A stretch of DNA of 64,000 bases from Octopus bimaculoides (Eukaryota): NCBI RefSeq assembly GCF_001194135.2, contig NC_068993.1, positions 19,242,607 through 19,306,606 of the forward strand. The letters run 5' to 3'. Shown piece by piece: positions 62,476-64,000 of the stretch. Position 1 is the first letter of the stretch; each line of letters begins with the position of its first letter. A program made the translations under genes and the position numbers. The notes under the pieces are model-generated. The model did no database searches. It saw only the letters and a list, made by a program, of their open reading frames with translations, and was not told where the DNA came from.

Positions 62476-63171
62476 TTTAATAATTAATTAACAAGACGAG
62501 ACTGCTAATGGAGAATAATAGCATTATGAACATCTACCGTACAAATTCCAATAGAGAACATAGGTCTATCACGAATACTGCAGGAGTAGATGCTTGTTGC
62601 AAACAGAAAATTATTATAATATTCCAGTATACTGTAAAACAGGTAAATAGCTATTAATGAATAATGGAAAACTAATACGAATTACCACAATACTTTTAAT
62701 AAGCAAAAAAAGGTACTTTTAACATAATGAAAGAGAAACTGAGGTAACAAATGAGAAATGAGAAGAAATGAAAATCTCAAACAGACTAAAATCAAATTGA
62801 ATTTTAAGTTAGAAGCAGATCTATTAGAGTAAGCATTACCGATGTCACATATTTATGTATGTTTTCTTTATACGTTTATTAACTGCAGAATTTCTTCTGT
62901 GGGAAATTCCTTTTAAGACGTCAAGTTTCTTAAACACTGTGATATATATATATATATATATATATATANNNNNNNNNNNNNNNNNNNNNNNNNNNNNNNN
63001 NNNNNNNNNNNNNNNNNNNNNNNNNNNNNNNNNNNNNNNNNNNNNNNNNNNNNNNNNNNNNNNNNNNNNNNNNNNNNNNNNNNNNNNNNNNNNNNNNNNN
63101 NNNNNNNNNNNNNNNNNNNNNNNNNNNNNNNNNNNNNNNNNNNNNNNNNNNNNNNNNNNNNNNNNNNNNNN

Positions 63172-63226
<55 letters not shown>

Positions 63227-63275
63227 AAACGGAAAAGTATAACATTGACTATCCATCACAACTAAGCTTACCAAT

Positions 63276-63341
63276 CGGTTTCGCGTAAAGAATACAATGG
63301 AGTGTTATCTAACACTCCATTGTATTCTTTACGTGAAACCG
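63276..63341. repeat. Fold-back palindrome with 32-bp arms and 2-nt loop
   Basis: cggtttcgcgtaaagaatacaatggagtgtta-tc-taacactccattgtattctttacgtgaaaccg; the single difference is a G.T wobble. Confidence 0.95.
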
Positions 63342-63747
63342 GTTAGTGAGATCAGCAGTGGTGGATATTTAATACTATACTATATATGTATATATATATA
63401 TGTGTATGTATATATTTATGTATGTATCGGTGTTTGAAGTGGTGTACTGATATTGTATTTTGAGAATAAGGAGACAGAATTTTGGATAGTTCTTTATGGG
63501 CGCCTTTGTTCGTTTATCGAACACGTCAAGACAAAATCAAAATAAATCGGATGCTTTGGGGGTTTGTTTAGAAGAAGAGAAAAATATTTGGGGTGGGGGA
63601 AGAGACAAAAAAAAAGCAAAGAGGAAGGGAAAGTAGACAGAAAAAGAGATTGACGACAATCAAGAAAGAGGAAAAAAGTACAATAAAGGATGGGGAAGGA
63701 GTAGATAAATAGATAGATAGAAAGACTAAAAGATAGATAGATTGAAT

Positions 63748-63817
<70 letters not shown>

Positions 63818-64000
63818 CAAATAGATAGATAGCGATATATATAGAGAGAGGGAGAAGAGGTTTCTTTTCAATTTGATGTAGTGAAAATATTTTGAGTTCG
63901 GTACTGTTTATAATTTACTCTATTCTCTATGTTCATTTAATCAAACATCATAATTGAGTTTTGTATATTGCATATTTAGCTGGAAGCCACTCTGTAGAAT

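Noticed and set aside
1-64000. Most ORFs in the supplied track (YIYI, HTHT, CVCV, RERE, LSIY, poly-S/T/L/H, X-filled)
   Set aside because: They are translations of microsatellites or run through N gaps; there is no coding signal.
1-64000. CRISPR arrays, tRNA/rRNA genes, prokaryotic operons
   Set aside because: None seen; the tRNA-like boxes all belong to SINE heads and the sequence is eukaryotic.

Overview
AT-rich, microsatellite-dense, gapped animal genomic DNA. The SINE families (from recall, not a search) point to an octopus or other coleoid cephalopod. No intact protein-coding gene, tRNA, rRNA or CRISPR array is supportable. The window is mostly decayed mobile elements: an L1/Tx1 LINE, a full-length Tc1 with TIRs and TA target duplication, a Helitron lacking its Rep domain, two abutting Penelope GIY-YIG fragments, RTE, CR1/L2 and R4/Dong-like LINE pieces, a hAT transposase remnant, a hAT MITE and about 20 tRNA-derived SINE copies or fragments. 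Most worth follow-up: (1) a Penelope-type repeat carrying a hammerhead-ribozyme core, plus a separate 14-mer hammerhead helix-III signature seen three times; (2) several near-perfect fold-back palindromes, the largest with 75-bp arms and a 1-nt loop; (3) an F-box-like remnant on the minus strand with an in-frame UAG, followed by strong splice donors; (4) splice and promoter signals suggesting a sparse plus-strand host gene; (5) R4/Dong-like LINE ends abutting (TAA)n tracts. All exon calls are by eye and low confidence.
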